Shown: piece by piece, positions 25,058 through 39,013 of the stretch
How the letters are laid out: each line of letters begins with the position of its first letter
Numbering within the stretch: position 1 is the first letter of the stretch
NCBI GenBank assembly: GCA_951406725.2
Contig: OX597817.1
Span: 140,554,001 to 140,618,000 of the forward strand
Source of the DNA: Octopus vulgaris
Lineage: Eukaryota
Direction of reading: 5' to 3'
Length of the DNA stretch: 64,000 bases
Notes under the pieces: model-generated
Database searches by the model: none
What the model was told of the DNA's origin: nothing
The model's input: only the letters and a program-made list of their open reading frames with translations
Program-made: the position numbers and the translations under genes

Positions 25058-25890
25058 GAATTTACAAAAAAAAGGCGCAGACGGGTATGTAAACAACAAA
25101 CAGATGTATTAGTTTAACGCTCGGGAAGTGAGAAAGTCTTTTACATTTCGAGCCAACACTCTTCTACAGAAAGGGACACAGAAATAAACAGGGAGAGAAA
25201 ATAAAAAGAAGGTTTAGTGGCTAGTGAGCTATCATGGCGAATGCTGGACAGAGGGGTCACACATTAGGAAGCTAGGAAGAAGTGGAGATAATGATGTAGT
25301 GGTGATCCCAAAACCAAGTTGCGCGTGCGTGTGTGCATGTGTAGGTGTGCGGATGATGGTGTAGGTGCTGGGAAGTGGTCAGTGCTAGTGTGTGCACTGG
25401 TGTGGGTGCTGGGAAGTGGTCAGTGCTATTGTGTGCGGGGTAGTGTGGTAGTGTTGGGGTGTGGGGAAGGCGAGAGTGGAGAAGCAAGGTGGTGTCTAAG
25501 GGATAGAGTAGGGTGGAATGGGATGTATAGAGATGGTGAGGTTGGAATGTGTAGGGGTGGGGTAACTAGGTAGGGAATGACGATGCAGGGAGAGGCTGGA
25601 AGGGAGAAGGTGGGTAGGAATGAAGAGATGAAGTAAGTGCAAGAGGAAGAGAGAAGATGTGGTTGGGTGGGAGGAAGTAGGTGTGAGAGGAAGAGATGAG
25701 AAAGGTGGAGGGTTAGATGAAAAGGGGTGGAGAGTTGAGCCCATGTGGCGCGAAGAGAGAAGATTAATCCCTGCTCACGGCAAAGACGGGAGTCCGGATG
25801 GTCCCTGTGCAAGGACAATCCGAACACAGACAGGTGTTGTAAAGAGTGACCGGTGGAGCGGAAATGGCCCGAGACCGGGGTGTCGTTGTA
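25055..25890 (-). mobile_element. Penelope-like element 3' end (GIY-YIG C-terminus plus pLTR), family P1
   Basis: Minus frame NDTPVSGHFRSTGHSLQHLSVFGLSLH...REQGLIFSL...HGLN, then a pyrimidine-rich UTR and a pLTR ending at (TA)n. Confidence 0.85.
25138..25173 (-). ncRNA. Minimal hammerhead motif, CUGUAGA variant (decayed)
   Basis: Minus: CTTT CTGTAGA A GAGT GTTG GCTC GAAA TGT A AAAG. Confidence 0.55.
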
Positions 25891-27799
25891 TCTGCATCAA
25901 CCTGTGTAATTATTGTTGGAGCTTTATATAATTCTCCGCACACAAACTGATCAGATGGAGAGAGAATAGACCTATTATACTGAATGACTGGCAATGCCAT
26001 TTATCGGTTGCCAGCGAGAAAATCACTCGAACTGGAAGCTGTAATCGCGTAAATGCGAATCGTTGAATAATGTCAAAACGAATCGGCTTCATTATTGGCA
26101 CAATGGCAAGTTTTCTGTAATGTTCACCTCTTCATATAAATGAAGTCTTCATATAAATGGAATATTGGAATAAATAGATTACTGGTATTGACGTGAACCT
26201 AAATGAAAATATATTTACACATTTTTACAAGCGATGAGTTTCTCTGCCTCCCACCAAATGCAGTTCAACCGAAATAAAATGAACTAAAATATTTTTTTAT
26301 GTAACAAGGCGGAATACAGTTTGAGTTTGAAGAGACATTCCCCACGTACTTCATTGTTGGTCAGTTAATGGTATTTAATTAATATGGATAATACGTAGTA
26401 TTATACAATAGTATATAGTGATAGAGGAGGAAGAGAGCGAGAGGAGGAGGATGGGGATACACGTTGTAACAGGGCATCGCTGCATCCTTCATTCGTTGGT
26501 GATTCCCTGCTGCTGACAGATGACACCTTTGCATCGCGCAGGCGTCAACCTTCAAATTTATGGGTCTGTTTGGATAATCGTTACTGGTGAAGACTGTTAC
26601 GACCTGTTTTTTTTTTTTGTCATCTTTTACGACCCGCATGGGAGATGTTAGGTCTCGTCTTTGATATGCCGCTCCCCACGCAACACTAGAGCAGCGTAGA
26701 ATGAAGTGTTTTGCTCGAGAACACAAAATGCCGCCCGGTTCGGAACTTGAACCCAAGATATGGAGAGGGTGAAAGCAACACCCTAACCACTAGTCCAATG
26801 ATAGATATCAATAGTAATGGATATGATAATATATAGTATTATAAAATATCAAGAGTAACACACATATGTAGTTACAGAGGTGATACGGTAAAATATGTCG
26901 TATGATAAGGTAAAATAGAAAATCGTTATATGCACGGTGAACGGAGAAATTTAAAACGATGGCTTTCATATTTATTCTTTATGCGCTCCGGCAGATTTGA
27001 ACGTGAATATATTAATCGATTCAAACGGTTCGCTGATCCGTGCTGATCAGAGTCACTCACACAAATGAATCGAGTGGGAAATGTTCGCATATTCGTTGTA
27101 AAGGAGATGTTCTCCTCCTAAAAAGAGACACAACAGCGGTTAGCATATTCAGGTTCGAATCTGCCTGAATGTATTTAGAATAAGATGCGAGTCACCGTGT
27201 AGTGATATGAATTGATAGTATTATGCATGTATAGCTATATAGACCTATAGCAATACAGATAATATATACAACAATATAGATCAATGGCAATATAGATGAT
27301 AATAAGTTCTGGTGGAGAAAACTGTTGAGACTGTAGAAAGTTGAAGTATAAATACACCATTGCACTGCATTCAGTTCGTCTCATGCGCCATATTGAATTG
27401 AACTCCACATGTAATTAATTAATAAAAAGTCAGTTATGAACTACTGTTAATTCAATCATTTATATCCATCTGCCATCATCATTTAGTTTCATGCCAAATA
27501 AACATAACATGTTCTACTCACAAATGTAGAGTAAGCTAAATTCAATTACGGGTTTCAATCCCTTGTTGAATCAGATTCACTTCATTCAGGGCACGTAACT
27601 CCTCAGCAATATCATATACCTAAGACAATTTGATTTCCTCCTCCCCTCCTCCTCCTTCTCCTCTTAGTGTTTTATCTTATTAATAAATCACCATTAGACC
27701 TTATTGAAGACATCCACCTTGTTATTGATTAACCTTCGGTTTGGTATACATTACCATCTCCATCAGAGATAGATATATCATTGATTGAGTTTATTTATT

Positions 27800-28062
27800 A
27801 TCATCATCATCATCATCATCCCCTGGATATTACTGTCGTGAGTCTTAGGACCCATAGATCCTGTTACCCGGTTTCCATGACGTATAAGTGGCCGAGATCA
27901 CAACATTTTTCCTAAAAACGTCGCCAGTCCGTCCATCACAGTGTTGTTCCTCATATACAGCTGCGTGGACTGCTGTATTATGCTGAAAAACACGACGCAT
28001 CACACAGTCCGAGAATCGAACCACGAACTTGCGATCGCGAGTGCATCACCCTAACCACTAGG
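27800..28062 (-). mobile_element. Degraded tRNA-derived SINE with (GAT)n tail
   Basis: Head gaatcgaacc...ccctaaccactagg; tail homologous to 36170-36250. Confidence 0.6.
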
Positions 28063-28071
28063 CTAATTAGT

Positions 28072-28193
28072 GACACCAAGCAGGCTCGATCCCCCAGTAG
28101 ACTGTCTGGCTGATATCTTAACTAGGGATACGAAGCAGGCTCGATCCCCCAGTAGACTGCGTGGCTGATATCTTAACTAGGGATACCAAGCAG
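28072..28193. repeat. 55-bp tandem duplication, about 2.2 copies
   Basis: Units start at 28072, 28127 and 28182 (ga.ac.aagcaggctcgatcccccagtagactg..tggctgatatcttaactagg). Confidence 0.92.
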
Positions 28194-29278
28194 ACACGAT
28201 CCATCTCGTTGATAACATCAGCTTGAAACTTAAAGGATTAGGAATATTGTTTCATAAACTCTTTTCATAATCTTACAATGTTGAATTGAAGTCTTCTTTT
28301 GAAGTTGAAGCAACGGGAAGTAACTCATGCTTAATCCCTAAAATCGAACACTTCACTCGCTTCATTTACGATTACTTTTGGATTCAGTTTCTGATGCGTG
28401 TTACGGGCTGTATTTAATCTCATATTGAGGATGTCCTAGAGGGGCATGCATTTATAGAGATATTTTGCTTGACTAAGTGGTGAATTATTGTTGTAATTAG
28501 TTCTCAAGTATTTGCGCTATCGACTAACGATATCAAAACAACATAGATATTGCATTTTCATTTCTCCATTTATCATTAAACTGATATAATAAATAATATA
28601 CATGAACACATCTTTGCTTCAGCTTCTCTCCAACTTGTCGAAACCGAAATATTATTCTCTATTATACAAAACGAATGCCTTAAAGCGCAGTTATTGTATG
28701 TTGGCCATTCCCAATCTCCGCCTTTCAACACCCACAATAATTCTCCTTGCCAGGACGTCGACTGCTCTTAAATAAGACACCCCCACCTCTTGATGCTACG
28801 GTTACTATTTATCTTTACCAGCCACAGCTACATACAGTAATCCATCAAGACTTTCTATTACGATACAACAGAATGGCTTGCTGATAATATTAATTTTTTT
28901 TTTCCCGAAATCTTGGATTATTTTTTATCTTATATTTGATAAAGTGGAACTTTCCCGAAACGTAATGGAAGCAGTGAACAACCTATCTAAGATGATACAA
29001 TATCTTATTTTATTTATTGATATTGCTTTACATGTTTTGCCTAACTTCTAACCTGCATTGTTTATAGACATTCCTTAAGATATTTATAACATAATTTTGT
29101 TGTTTATTCAATTTATCTTTTAGTTGGCCAGAGTTTCTCGAATCTAAATTATATCCCTGTCCATATGGTTATTCGTCAAATGAACACGCTTCCAGGACAA
29201 ATCATATCTTCTTGACTCTTCACAATAAGTTCATTTCATACATTAATTAATCATTGATGCATTTTGAAAAAGTTGAGA

Positions 29279-29339
29279 CTACATACATACACACATACAT
29301 AAATACATACATACATACATACATACATACATACATACA

Positions 29340-29368
<29 letters not shown>
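29279..29368. repeat. (CATA)n microsatellite
   Basis: Directly visible. Confidence 0.95.
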
Positions 29369-29370
<2 letters not shown>

Positions 29371-30164
29371 TTGATCGGATTCATCTATATTTGATTCATC
29401 AGTCAGTTACCCCGTTTTTCTCAACCGCTTCTCTAATCAGCAAAATACTCTTCGTGCCAGTTGACTCCGTTATCGCTTTGGTTCACCTTTTTTTCTTTCT
29501 CCAATTCCTTCATTTATTCATCATTTATTTATTTACACCATCTTCATCATCTTTATCATATTAAATGAAAATCCATAGATCTGCAACAATTATCGCCTTA
29601 TACTTTATTACAACGCAAACACTCGTAAACAAAACCATAACCGCCATTTTGAAAGTATCTTGTTTTGAGGCCGATTGTCGATCGAGCTAGACAATACGGC
29701 AGCAATAAATACATCATTCAGTAATATATTTTGCCGATGGAATTAACTATTGTGACCATTAATGAAGCTACTGGCATTACAATAAAGGGGGTGCTGCAAT
29801 TACTAGAAGATCAATCGGAAAATACATCATTAATCATTCAACTTACAATGACGCTTAGCTGTTTAATGGTTTCGTAAAACAGATTTTGATGTGCAGCAAA
29901 CTCATTTCTTGAAGATTTACATACATATATACATACATAAATACATTTAATCCGATGTATTCTATTAGAATACAGTATACGGAATTCCGAATAAGTGCTC
30001 TTGGTAGGGAAATGTCTAAAACCTTAAAGGTATTTAGACATTTAATAAAAGCGATTATATATTATAAAGCAAGAGCAGGAAAATTACATCAAAAATATCA
30101 TCACAGAAGATACACGTCCAAAATGATATTGTATTAATAGATAGATATATAAATATATAAAGTA

Positions 30165-30386
30165 TGATTATTTAAGACGTTTAAAATACCTTACGATCGT
30201 TTCATGAATGTGTTACCCTTCGAAATGAAATCTAAAACTGATAATCATCATTAGGTAATACATCCACTTGTCAGAGAGAAAGGGTAAATTTCCTACCTGA
30301 TAATGATTATCAGTTTTAGATTTCATTTCGAATGGTAATACATTCACGAAACGATCATGAGATATTTTAAACTTTTTAAATAATCA
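30165..30386. repeat. About 93-bp inverted repeat (PLE-type terminus) overlapping a minus-strand hammerhead remnant at 30188-30278
   Basis: Arms 30165-30257 and 30294-30386; minus strand TCT CTGACAA GTGGATGTATTACC...GGTAACACATTCAT GAAA CGATCG T A AGG. Confidence 0.75.
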
Positions 30387-30812
30387 CAACACATGTTCTG
30401 CACGTGTAGTTTTTCGTACTTTTTGTGTAACAAGTTTAAAGTACGCGCTTACCGATTGTTATTCTTGATTTGAATAATACCGGTATTATTTAATTTATTT
30501 GTAATTTTTTTGTACATGGTGTTTGGGGCCGGAGATGGTCTGGTGTTAATGGATCGTAATGTATCAAGCATGTTTACATGTGCTGTGCGAGAGGTGGAGG
30601 TGATATCCAGTTAAAATACACCATTTCATTTGGAAAATAGAAATAAATTTCAATGAGTATTACTTACTCGGATATAGTCCAATTCTTTTGTCAGTTATTT
30701 TTTGGCTCCATGCGATGTCTTAATTTCCGATGTTTGTGGATAGATTTCGGAGCACTGTTTTATCGCTCTCACATGTTAAACATCCCCGGTGTCTTCCTCC
30801 GCCCCCAGTGTC

Positions 30813-30846
30813 TTATTATTATTATTATTATTATAATTATTATTAA

Positions 30847-30883
<37 letters not shown>

Positions 30884-31118
30884 TAGTTTTATTTTTATTT
30901 TTATAGCGTGCTTTCACTTCACTACCGAGCGCAGCTCTGTGTGCCTTGGGTATGTGCTGTGATTTGTTGTGATGCTCAGATGGTTATTGTATGGAAAGTG
31001 TTCTGCGTAGGATGTGGACAGTGCGTTCTGCGTAGGATGTGGGCAGTGCGTTCTGCGTAGGATGTGGGCAGTGCGTTCTGCGTAGGATGTGGGCAGTGCC
31101 TTCTGCGTAGGATGTGGG

Positions 31119-31161
<43 letters not shown>

Positions 31162-31985
31162 TGCTTTTAATCTGCATGTTTGTTACAATCACTTGCTGAG
31201 ACACACCCAGCGTCCTCGGGCGAGTGAAGGATAAGAATTGATAAGAAAGCTTGGCGAGGGAGAGTGGCAGGGGTAGTAGCGAAATATTTTCATGTAGTAC
31301 AATACATATTTAAATTGATAGGGTTTTTTCTAAGGATGGGGACATTACCTGTCAGCACAATCTTTTCGATTTCTCTGTGACATGGCTCTCCTGGGATATT
31401 ATGTACATGTTTTTGACTTCCCATTTTTATCATACCTAGGGCTCCCACAATAACAGAAACAGTTCTCGCTTTAAGATGCCACATCTTTTGCATTTCAATT
31501 TCCAGATCATTATATTTACTTAATTTGTCAAATTCTTTTCAGTGGGGACACTTACATCTATTAGTCTACAAATATTTCTTTCTCTGTTTTTAATGTCGAT
31601 TATCCTGAATCGTTCTGTCGCTATTGACTACAAAATCTCAGAGGATAGTGACATTTTTGCCTTCAACGACTCACTCAGGATGATGTTCATACGAGTAAGC
31701 AGGAGTGCTAACTTTGTACTGTTTACATATTTTCCAATATAAATACTGTCCTACCCTATCATAGCGATTGGTGTCAAAACAGGACATACTGAGACGTGAT
31801 GGTCCATTGTTTCATTAAATTTATCGCAGAATCTGCGTTTAGGGTCTGAACGGTTCTGAAGAACGTTAGCCTCGTAGATTTTGGTAAGCAAGGTTTGATC
31901 TGGTGCCGCCAATATGACACTTTCGGTCTCTGCTTTCAGTCCTGAGCTTCTCAGCCACTGATGTGTTGTTGCTTGGTCTAAATAT
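30813..31985 (-). mobile_element. Two stacked R4/Dong-type LINE 3' ends separated by (TAA)n
   Basis: ORF end TAHILRRTL plus UTR at 30880-31120; MWHLKARTVSVIVGALGMIK...EKIVLTG at 31290-31493 with upstream degraded zinc-knuckle region. Confidence 0.85.
30998..31120. repeat. 25-bp tandem repeat, five units, at the 5'-truncation point of a LINE
   Basis: gtgcgttctgcgtaggatgtgggca units at 31021, 31046, 31071 and 31096 plus a partial unit at 30998. Confidence 0.95.
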
Positions 31986-32129
31986 AATTAATGAGTGAGA
32001 GAACAGTGCATGCAATCAAAGTGACACTGGGGTAAAATATACGAAGCCCAGTATACCCATCATGACTACCCATCTGATAAGGGTCACACTTGGCACATGC
32101 ATCACAACCATATGTACATGATGATATGT

Positions 32130-32780
32130 TGATGTGCGTTGATTATTGTGCACTCTTGTTTATCCCGCCTAAAGGTTACTATATCCGGCCTTCGGTGATC
32201 TAATATCTTGTCTGTCTGGAAGTCAGTGTCCCAGAGGATTTTTGCCTTCCCCTCTCCGTCCATTGCCTTTTCCGGTGTATGTTGGTACCAAGCACCTGTA
32301 ACCTCATATCCATACTTACGGCATAGTAGCCAGTGGAGGTTTGGGGCTCCTTTGTCGTGTCTACGCGTGTACTCTTTCTGAGCAAGACATTCACATTATT
32401 ATCATTATTATTATTAGTATTGTTTTTGTTTTTGTTGTTGTTATCGTTATATGAAAGCTCACAGCTTATTTTGCTTGGTATGATGGAAAGTGTTCGCTGT
32501 CCACAGTCAGCAGACTAAGGCGACACTTGTTTACTGGTCATGCTTCAAGAATCCTGAGCAGAAATCTTGCAGTTCCAATCAATGCTGATATTCACAGGTG
32601 TTCTACCTTCACACTTGCACCAATCCTTTTGAACCATGTCGGCAGTGGTTGAGTGCGCCAATTACTATTGCTATCACATCTACTCTCCTCATTGATCTCA
32701 ACCTTCGTATTTCCCACTTCAAGTCGTCATAATTGTTTCTTCTTCTTCTTCTTCTTCTTCTTCTTCTTCTTCTTCTTCTT

Positions 32781-32869
<89 letters not shown>

Positions 32870-33050
32870 CATCATTCTTATTGTTGTTTTTTACTTTCAA
32901 TCTGCATGTTCGTTAATCACTTGCCGAGACACACCCAGTGTCCTGGGGCGAGTGAAGGATAAGAAATGTTACCATATGTCTGAAAGCATGGGGAGGTGAA
33001 GTAGCGAAATACAACACAGACATTTTAATGGATAAGGTTTTTTAAAGATT
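32130..33050 (-). mobile_element. Further R4/Dong-type fragments interleaved with (TTC)n and (TTA)n
   Basis: Minus frame HWLLCRKYGYEVTGAWYQHTPEK...ILWDTDFQTDKILDHRRPDIV and YDDLKWEIRRL...VIAIVIGAL; UTR 32890-33040 matches 31165-31330. Confidence 0.8.
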
Positions 33051-33063
33051 ATTATTATCATCA

Positions 33064-33127
<64 letters not shown>

Positions 33128-33128
<1 letters not shown>

Positions 33129-33480
33129 ATACCGCCGAAGTCGACTTTGCCTTTCGCCATTTCGGGGTCGATAAATTAAGTACCAGTGCAACATTGAGGT
33201 AGACGTAATCGATTAGTCCCTTCCCGCCAAATTTTCAGGCTTTGTCCCTTTAGCAGAAAGGATTATTAATATTATTAAGGCGGCAAGGTGGCAGATTCGT
33301 TAGCACGCCGGGCAGAAAATTTGGCGGCATTTCGCTCGTCTTTACGTCCTGAGTTCAAATTCCGCCGAGGCCGACTTTGTCTTTCATCATTTCGGAGTCC
33401 ATTAAATAAGTACCAGTTACGCACACTGGGTCGACGTAATACCTCGAAATTCCTGGCCTTGTGCCAAAATTGGAAACCCA
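33128..33480 (+). mobile_element. Two SINE family B copies
   Basis: Same core as 5652-6265. Confidence 0.85.
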
Positions 33481-33587
33481 TCTTTATTATTTTTATTTAT
33501 CGGCATAACTTAAAAAAAGGCCCAAGGCAGAGAAACTTACGTATAGCATTTGTAGCATTTGATAAGTGATATCTATCTATCTATCTG

Positions 33588-33621
<34 letters not shown>

Positions 33622-33622
<1 letters not shown>

Positions 33623-33995
33623 CTTTACTCTCTTTTACTCTTTTACTTGTTTCAGTCATTTGACTGCGGCCATGCCAGAGCACCGCCTTTAGTCGAGGAA
33701 ATCAACCCCAGGACTTATTCTTGTAAGCCTAGTACTTATTCTATTGGTCTCTTTTGCCGAACCGCTAAGTTACGGGGGACGTAAACACACCAGCATCGGT
33801 TGTGAAACGATGTTGGGGGAACAAACACAGACACACAAACATATATACGACGGGCTTCTTTCAGTTTCCGTCTACCAAATCCACTCACAAGGCTTTGGTC
33901 GGCCCGAAGCTATAGTAGAAGACACTTGCCCAAGGTGCCACGCAGTGGGACCGAACCAGGAGCCATGTGGTTTGTAAGCAAGCTACTTACCACAC
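33622..33995 (-). mobile_element. tRNA-derived SINE family C
   Basis: Aligns by eye with 55482-55888 and 56843-57192. Confidence 0.9.
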
Positions 33996-36249
33996 ACGAC
34001 AGGCGTCCTTCCGTCTACTAAATCTATATATGAATGTGTGTGTGTGTGTGTCTTATTTTTTGCTTTGAAATCTTCATCTGAGGGAGAGGCTCGTTTCTAA
34101 CAATGACAAACGTTCTGTGGTTGCAACGTAGATAAGCAAATTTTCATATTCAACTTGGAAAAATTCTTGCGTATTTTCACCGTTCCACTTACAGATTGAA
34201 TTTGTAATGTGAGTTGGTTGGTTTCTTTTTCATAAAATCCCAGCTTATACAGACTGTCATTTAGGCATTTGTTCACAAAGCCAAGCGCAACAGTCATTAT
34301 TGGTACAAATGTGAACTATGGTAGCAAGTACTTTTGCCAACTACAGACACTTCAGCAGCCATGAGTGAAGAATAATGTCGAATGCTTTCCTAAAATCGAG
34401 CCATACTATCACAAGGTTTCTACGTTGACAGGGGGATGGCTCGGGCGGCAGAGCTTTATTTATTAAAGTTTGTTCGGCATGTCCTCACACTTCCTTGCTT
34501 CCACCCGCCTGTTTATCGATTATTATGTTGTTGAACTGAAAATAATCCTGGAGAAATCGTTTTAGGCAGAGTTTGTAAAACTTGGACATAATATTTAGTC
34601 AAGCAATGAGCCGAAATTTTTCTGCTAATTCGGTGGTTTTATTCTTAACTACACGATTCGTCCGTACAACATCAAGTTAATTCGGCATGTTAATCTCACT
34701 TTCCATAGTCCTTTAATCACCCTCTATAAACCTCTATAAACCAGTATCCAACCATTAGGTCTTTTCCAGGTGCTCCTCATTATACAGTTTACCTACATCT
34801 ATACTGAAATTTTGCGGTTCGATTACGTATGTTTTACTGTCGATGTTGCTACAGCATATTTTCCTAACTGAATTTAGCCACGATGCATTAAGGTTGAAAT
34901 ATCTCTTTTCTCGCCAAATCTTAGACTAAATTAATTTAAGATCTTCTTGAGAAAGGGATTTCTTAACAGTTATGTTTTCTTTGCATATCTCCCGGTAAAA
35001 TGTCTCTAGATTGGAAACAAGCTTTTGATTATACTGACTCACCCGCAAAATTATTCTACGGTGATGGTCTTTTTCGCTCAACGTTCTAATTTTGTCCTTT
35101 AAAGCAGTTTTCCCTCAAGAGCTTTGTTAATTTTTGCATAAGCTGTAATAGGTGATGTGTGATTTCTTTATTCCCCAAATATTTCAATATCTGGTAACGC
35201 ACATTGTTGGTATCTTCTTTAAGGTTTGTTTTCTGTCTAGTTTGCTTCCGTTTAATAATTTCATTAGCATGTGTACAACAGTTTTCTCCTGAATATTGTT
35301 TAAGAGTGATGGCAGATGTGAATGGGAAAATATCAATTGTCCAGGAATCAACATCGCGTGATTCCATGTAGTCTCTCCATCAACATCATCGATAACTTTA
35401 AGCGTAAAAATAGTTGATTTTGCTTTGCTTTAATCTTGTTAAGAATGCCTGTCGCTTAGAAAAACAGGAAAACTTTTTGTACGAACTGTGCTTTGAAAAT
35501 GTTCTTAAGCTGAATATATTCCAGTCATATCTGTTGAATTAGTGACATGTAGTTTAGTGATGGCAGCAGCGATTTGTTTACATTATTTTTGATCTCTTGT
35601 GACAGATTTTGACCGGTTCTCAGTGTTTCCAGAAGATCAATTAGCATCTTGAGAGTTGGAATACCAAATAGTATTTGTAGTAACATTTTTCTCTTTTTTT
35701 TTGCGATGAAAGACGCTTCTTTCTAAGGCTGTTTTGCTGTAATTTCCTGTTTTTTTTTTTTTTTTTTTGTGTGTGTGGGTGTTTCTATCCCCAGCATTAT
35801 GCTTTGTACGTGTTTCGTTGCAGTCCACAGCACAGAGAACATCGTAATGACATTTTCGGACAGTTACTTGTGATGTCGATGACATTGATAATTCCGCAAT
35901 CTGCACATTTAATTTTTTTTTACTTGCATCTATATCACTTTTTGCGTTGGTACATCGTAGTTATTTCTTCCTCATAAATTTCAAAAGTAGTTCGGCTGTT
36001 GCCCCCTAAACCTTGCGCTCGACCTTTCTATTCTCAGACTTGGAGGTGTGTTATGTTCTTGAGCAAAACTTTTTATCTAACGTTACTGCAGTCCACTCAG
36101 CTGTAAATAAGTAACACTGCGACTGACTGCCGTCACCCCGACCCCGTTTTGAGGGGATCTCGGTCCTCGGTAACCAGCCCCTCATGAGAGTCCTAGGACT
36201 TAAGACAATAATGTCTAGGAGTTGATGATGATGATGATGATGATGATGA

Positions 36250-36540
36250 TAAATACTTCTAAAATCTTTAATCCAATATCAGAGAACAAGAGTATTGAAT
36301 GGAATATTGTTAGATTGCTTTGCAGTTGCACCCGCATTTTAGAATGATGTAAGGACATTTAACCAGGCCAAACGCCATCTTTATATTCTCTGAGAATGTC
36401 GTAATTAGGTCAGGGGTTTTCGGTACAACATTCACATTTTTGGCATACACTTTCAGATCATGTACAAAACGAAGTAGATTTGCGATTCTATCTTCCTCTC
36501 TATCCTCCAAATTTCCAACAATAAAAAATGAGAAAGAGTT
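36250..36540 (-). mobile_element. Degraded R4/Dong-type RT fragment
   Basis: NLLRFVHDLKVYAKN...TTFSENIKMAFGLVKC, a decayed FMDDLKLY...FGLDKC motif. Confidence 0.7.
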
Positions 36541-36589
36541 TACTGAAAATATAGACGAAGTCAAGACAGAATGACGCCTTGAAATATAT

Positions 36590-37110
36590 TCCTGGAATAA
36601 CGAACTGAATGCTAGAATTGCAAGTGTTGGCAGAGTATAGTAATGCACCAGCCTCAGAATTTGGTTCTCAGAAAAAGAGAGGTTAATAGGAAGAAGCGAA
36701 CTTGCTACGCTAATTTCGGTTCGGTTTCCGTATCTATTCTCACCTCTGCTCATGAATGTTGGGTAATGATCAAAAGCGTCATTCGATCGCGAATACAAAC
36801 GGCCGAGATAAGGTTTCTTCGAAGGGCCTCTTGAGTAATGTTTCTCGACAGGGTGTGTGGCTCGGTGATCACGTATTTTTGCCAGGTCGAGCCGCTACTT
36901 CCCCACATCGCTAGGTCACAGCTCGGGTACTACGGGCATGGAATCAGAAAGTCGCACGAAAGAATCACAAGAGAAACTCTTCGAGCCGATCCAAGGGACC
37001 ACGATCGAGTTGGTTTGATATTTAGGGTGCCAGTTGGTCACGTTTATGAATCCAGCGGGAGAGCGTAATTACAGTTGTTTCCGATACGACCCTATGGAGT
37101 ATTCTACCTC
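36590..37110 (+). mobile_element. RTE-clade LINE C-terminal fragment
   Basis: ILTSAHECWVM...RSRIQTAEIRFLRR and VEPLLPHIARSQLGYYGHGIR. Confidence 0.75.
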
Positions 37111-38064
37111 CTACGACCCTTCTAGAAATAGTAGACAGGCAAAATGGGTAGAATATTATACCCTATCAGTGGCGAAAGAATTAATTTCATATTCAGCGTG
37201 AAGTCAGTTTCTCTTTGGTTTTCGCTAGTGTATTTGGAACTTTAACTAGAGAAAGGAATGTTAGCATCCCAACGTGAAGAACAGAATCGAATTCTTGTAA
37301 TCCAACCCGACTGTGACCTTTGTAGATTTGTTGCCTGCTCCTCTAACGCCATAGTTTTAATAATTAAAACTTAATTTATAGATTAAATGTCACTCTCACT
37401 CTAATTGGATTTCTACTAATTTCCATTGTCCACAACTCGGAAGTAAGAAGATTAAATCATAATTGTAGACAACAAATATTTGTTTTATATTTAAATCTCA
37501 TATTGGTCTTACAGACACATTTGGTAGATTCTGATAGAATACGGTGTTCATAGCAATGACATCGATGGATATGTGTATATACATAGATATGATATACACA
37601 TATGATATACACATATGATATGATACATACACAGATATAGATAGATAGATAGATAGATTGATTCGATATAAATGTGTGTTAGCTTATGTGTATTTATTGA
37701 TGTGATCTGGCCGTCTTAAAACAATGCGGTTGATATTTATGTACCTGTGCATATATATACATGCACACATTTATACATATGGGTGAGTGTGTGCATGTGT
37801 GTATACATATAGATATGCATACATATACATATATACATACTTATATATACATATATATAATGTATATATATACGCATATATGTGTGTGTGTTTGTGAGTA
37901 TGAATGTTATGTTATATAAAGGCATATTTGCCTTTCTCTATACTAAGGTGCTATTAAGTTAGACATGGCCTGGGCCAATAATGGCCGAAACCTATCAAAG
38001 TATCAAAGTATATATATATGTATTTTATTCTTTTACTTGTTTCAGTCATCTCACTCCGGCCATG

Positions 38065-38100
<36 letters not shown>

Positions 38101-38329
38101 CATACATATAAGAGGGATGACCACTAAGTGGACATACATTATGTAAGAAGTCGACCCCTATGGTCTTACCACTAAGAAAGGAATGTTCTCTTGTATGTAT
38201 GTAATATCATTTTTCTGAATCTTCAGATTTTTCTATATGCTAGACCACTGGTTTTAAATTGATATTAATCAAATTAATATTCAATTGTTCACCCTTATTT
38301 AAAATTTACATATATATACAGACACATAG

Positions 38330-38915
38330 ATAATACCCCCACACAATCCAACCCCACCCCTAGCTCCACCCTCAGCCAATCCACATGCCCCACAACTACT
38401 CAACCCTCAGCCTAACCCACACCCACACCTTTGCTTTCCCCACTCTCGCCTCGCCACCTCCCAACACCATCACACATCACCACACATCACTACACCATAC
38501 ACCACCATACCATACAACACCACATCACATCACATCACACCACCACGCACAACCTAGCACTGACCATTTCCCGGCCCCACATGCACACACGCGCACGTCA
38601 AGGTCACCAGCCCTCTTCCATACGAACATACACGCTCTTATACACACGCATGCAAATCTTGTTTTTGGATCACCACTACTTTATTATCTCCCCTTCCTCT
38701 TAGCTCTACTCTATGACCCCTCTGTCCGGCATTCGCCATGATAGATCGCTAGCCATTACACATATTTTCTCTCCTTGTTTCTTTCTGTGTTCCTTTCTGT
38801 GGAAGAGCGTAGGCTTGAAACGTTAAAGACTTTTTCACTTTCCGATCGTTAAACTAATACATGTTGTCTACACCACCTGTCTACGTCTTTTGTATTGGGG
38901 GGGGGAATTCTCCCT
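38330..38915 (+). mobile_element. Penelope-like 3' UTR/pLTR, family P1
   Basis: Reverse-complement homolog of 25055-25560. Confidence 0.8.
38793..38828 (+). ncRNA. Minimal hammerhead motif, CUGUGGA variant
   Basis: CTTT CTGTGGA A GAGC GTAG GCTT GAAA CGT T AAAG. Confidence 0.6.
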
Positions 38916-38939
38916 GTATGTATATATTATCTATGTATG

Positions 38940-39013
<74 letters not shown>

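Noticed and set aside
30998-31120. CRISPR-like array (also the 55-bp repeat at 28072)
   Set aside because: No unique spacers, no cas genes, eukaryotic context.
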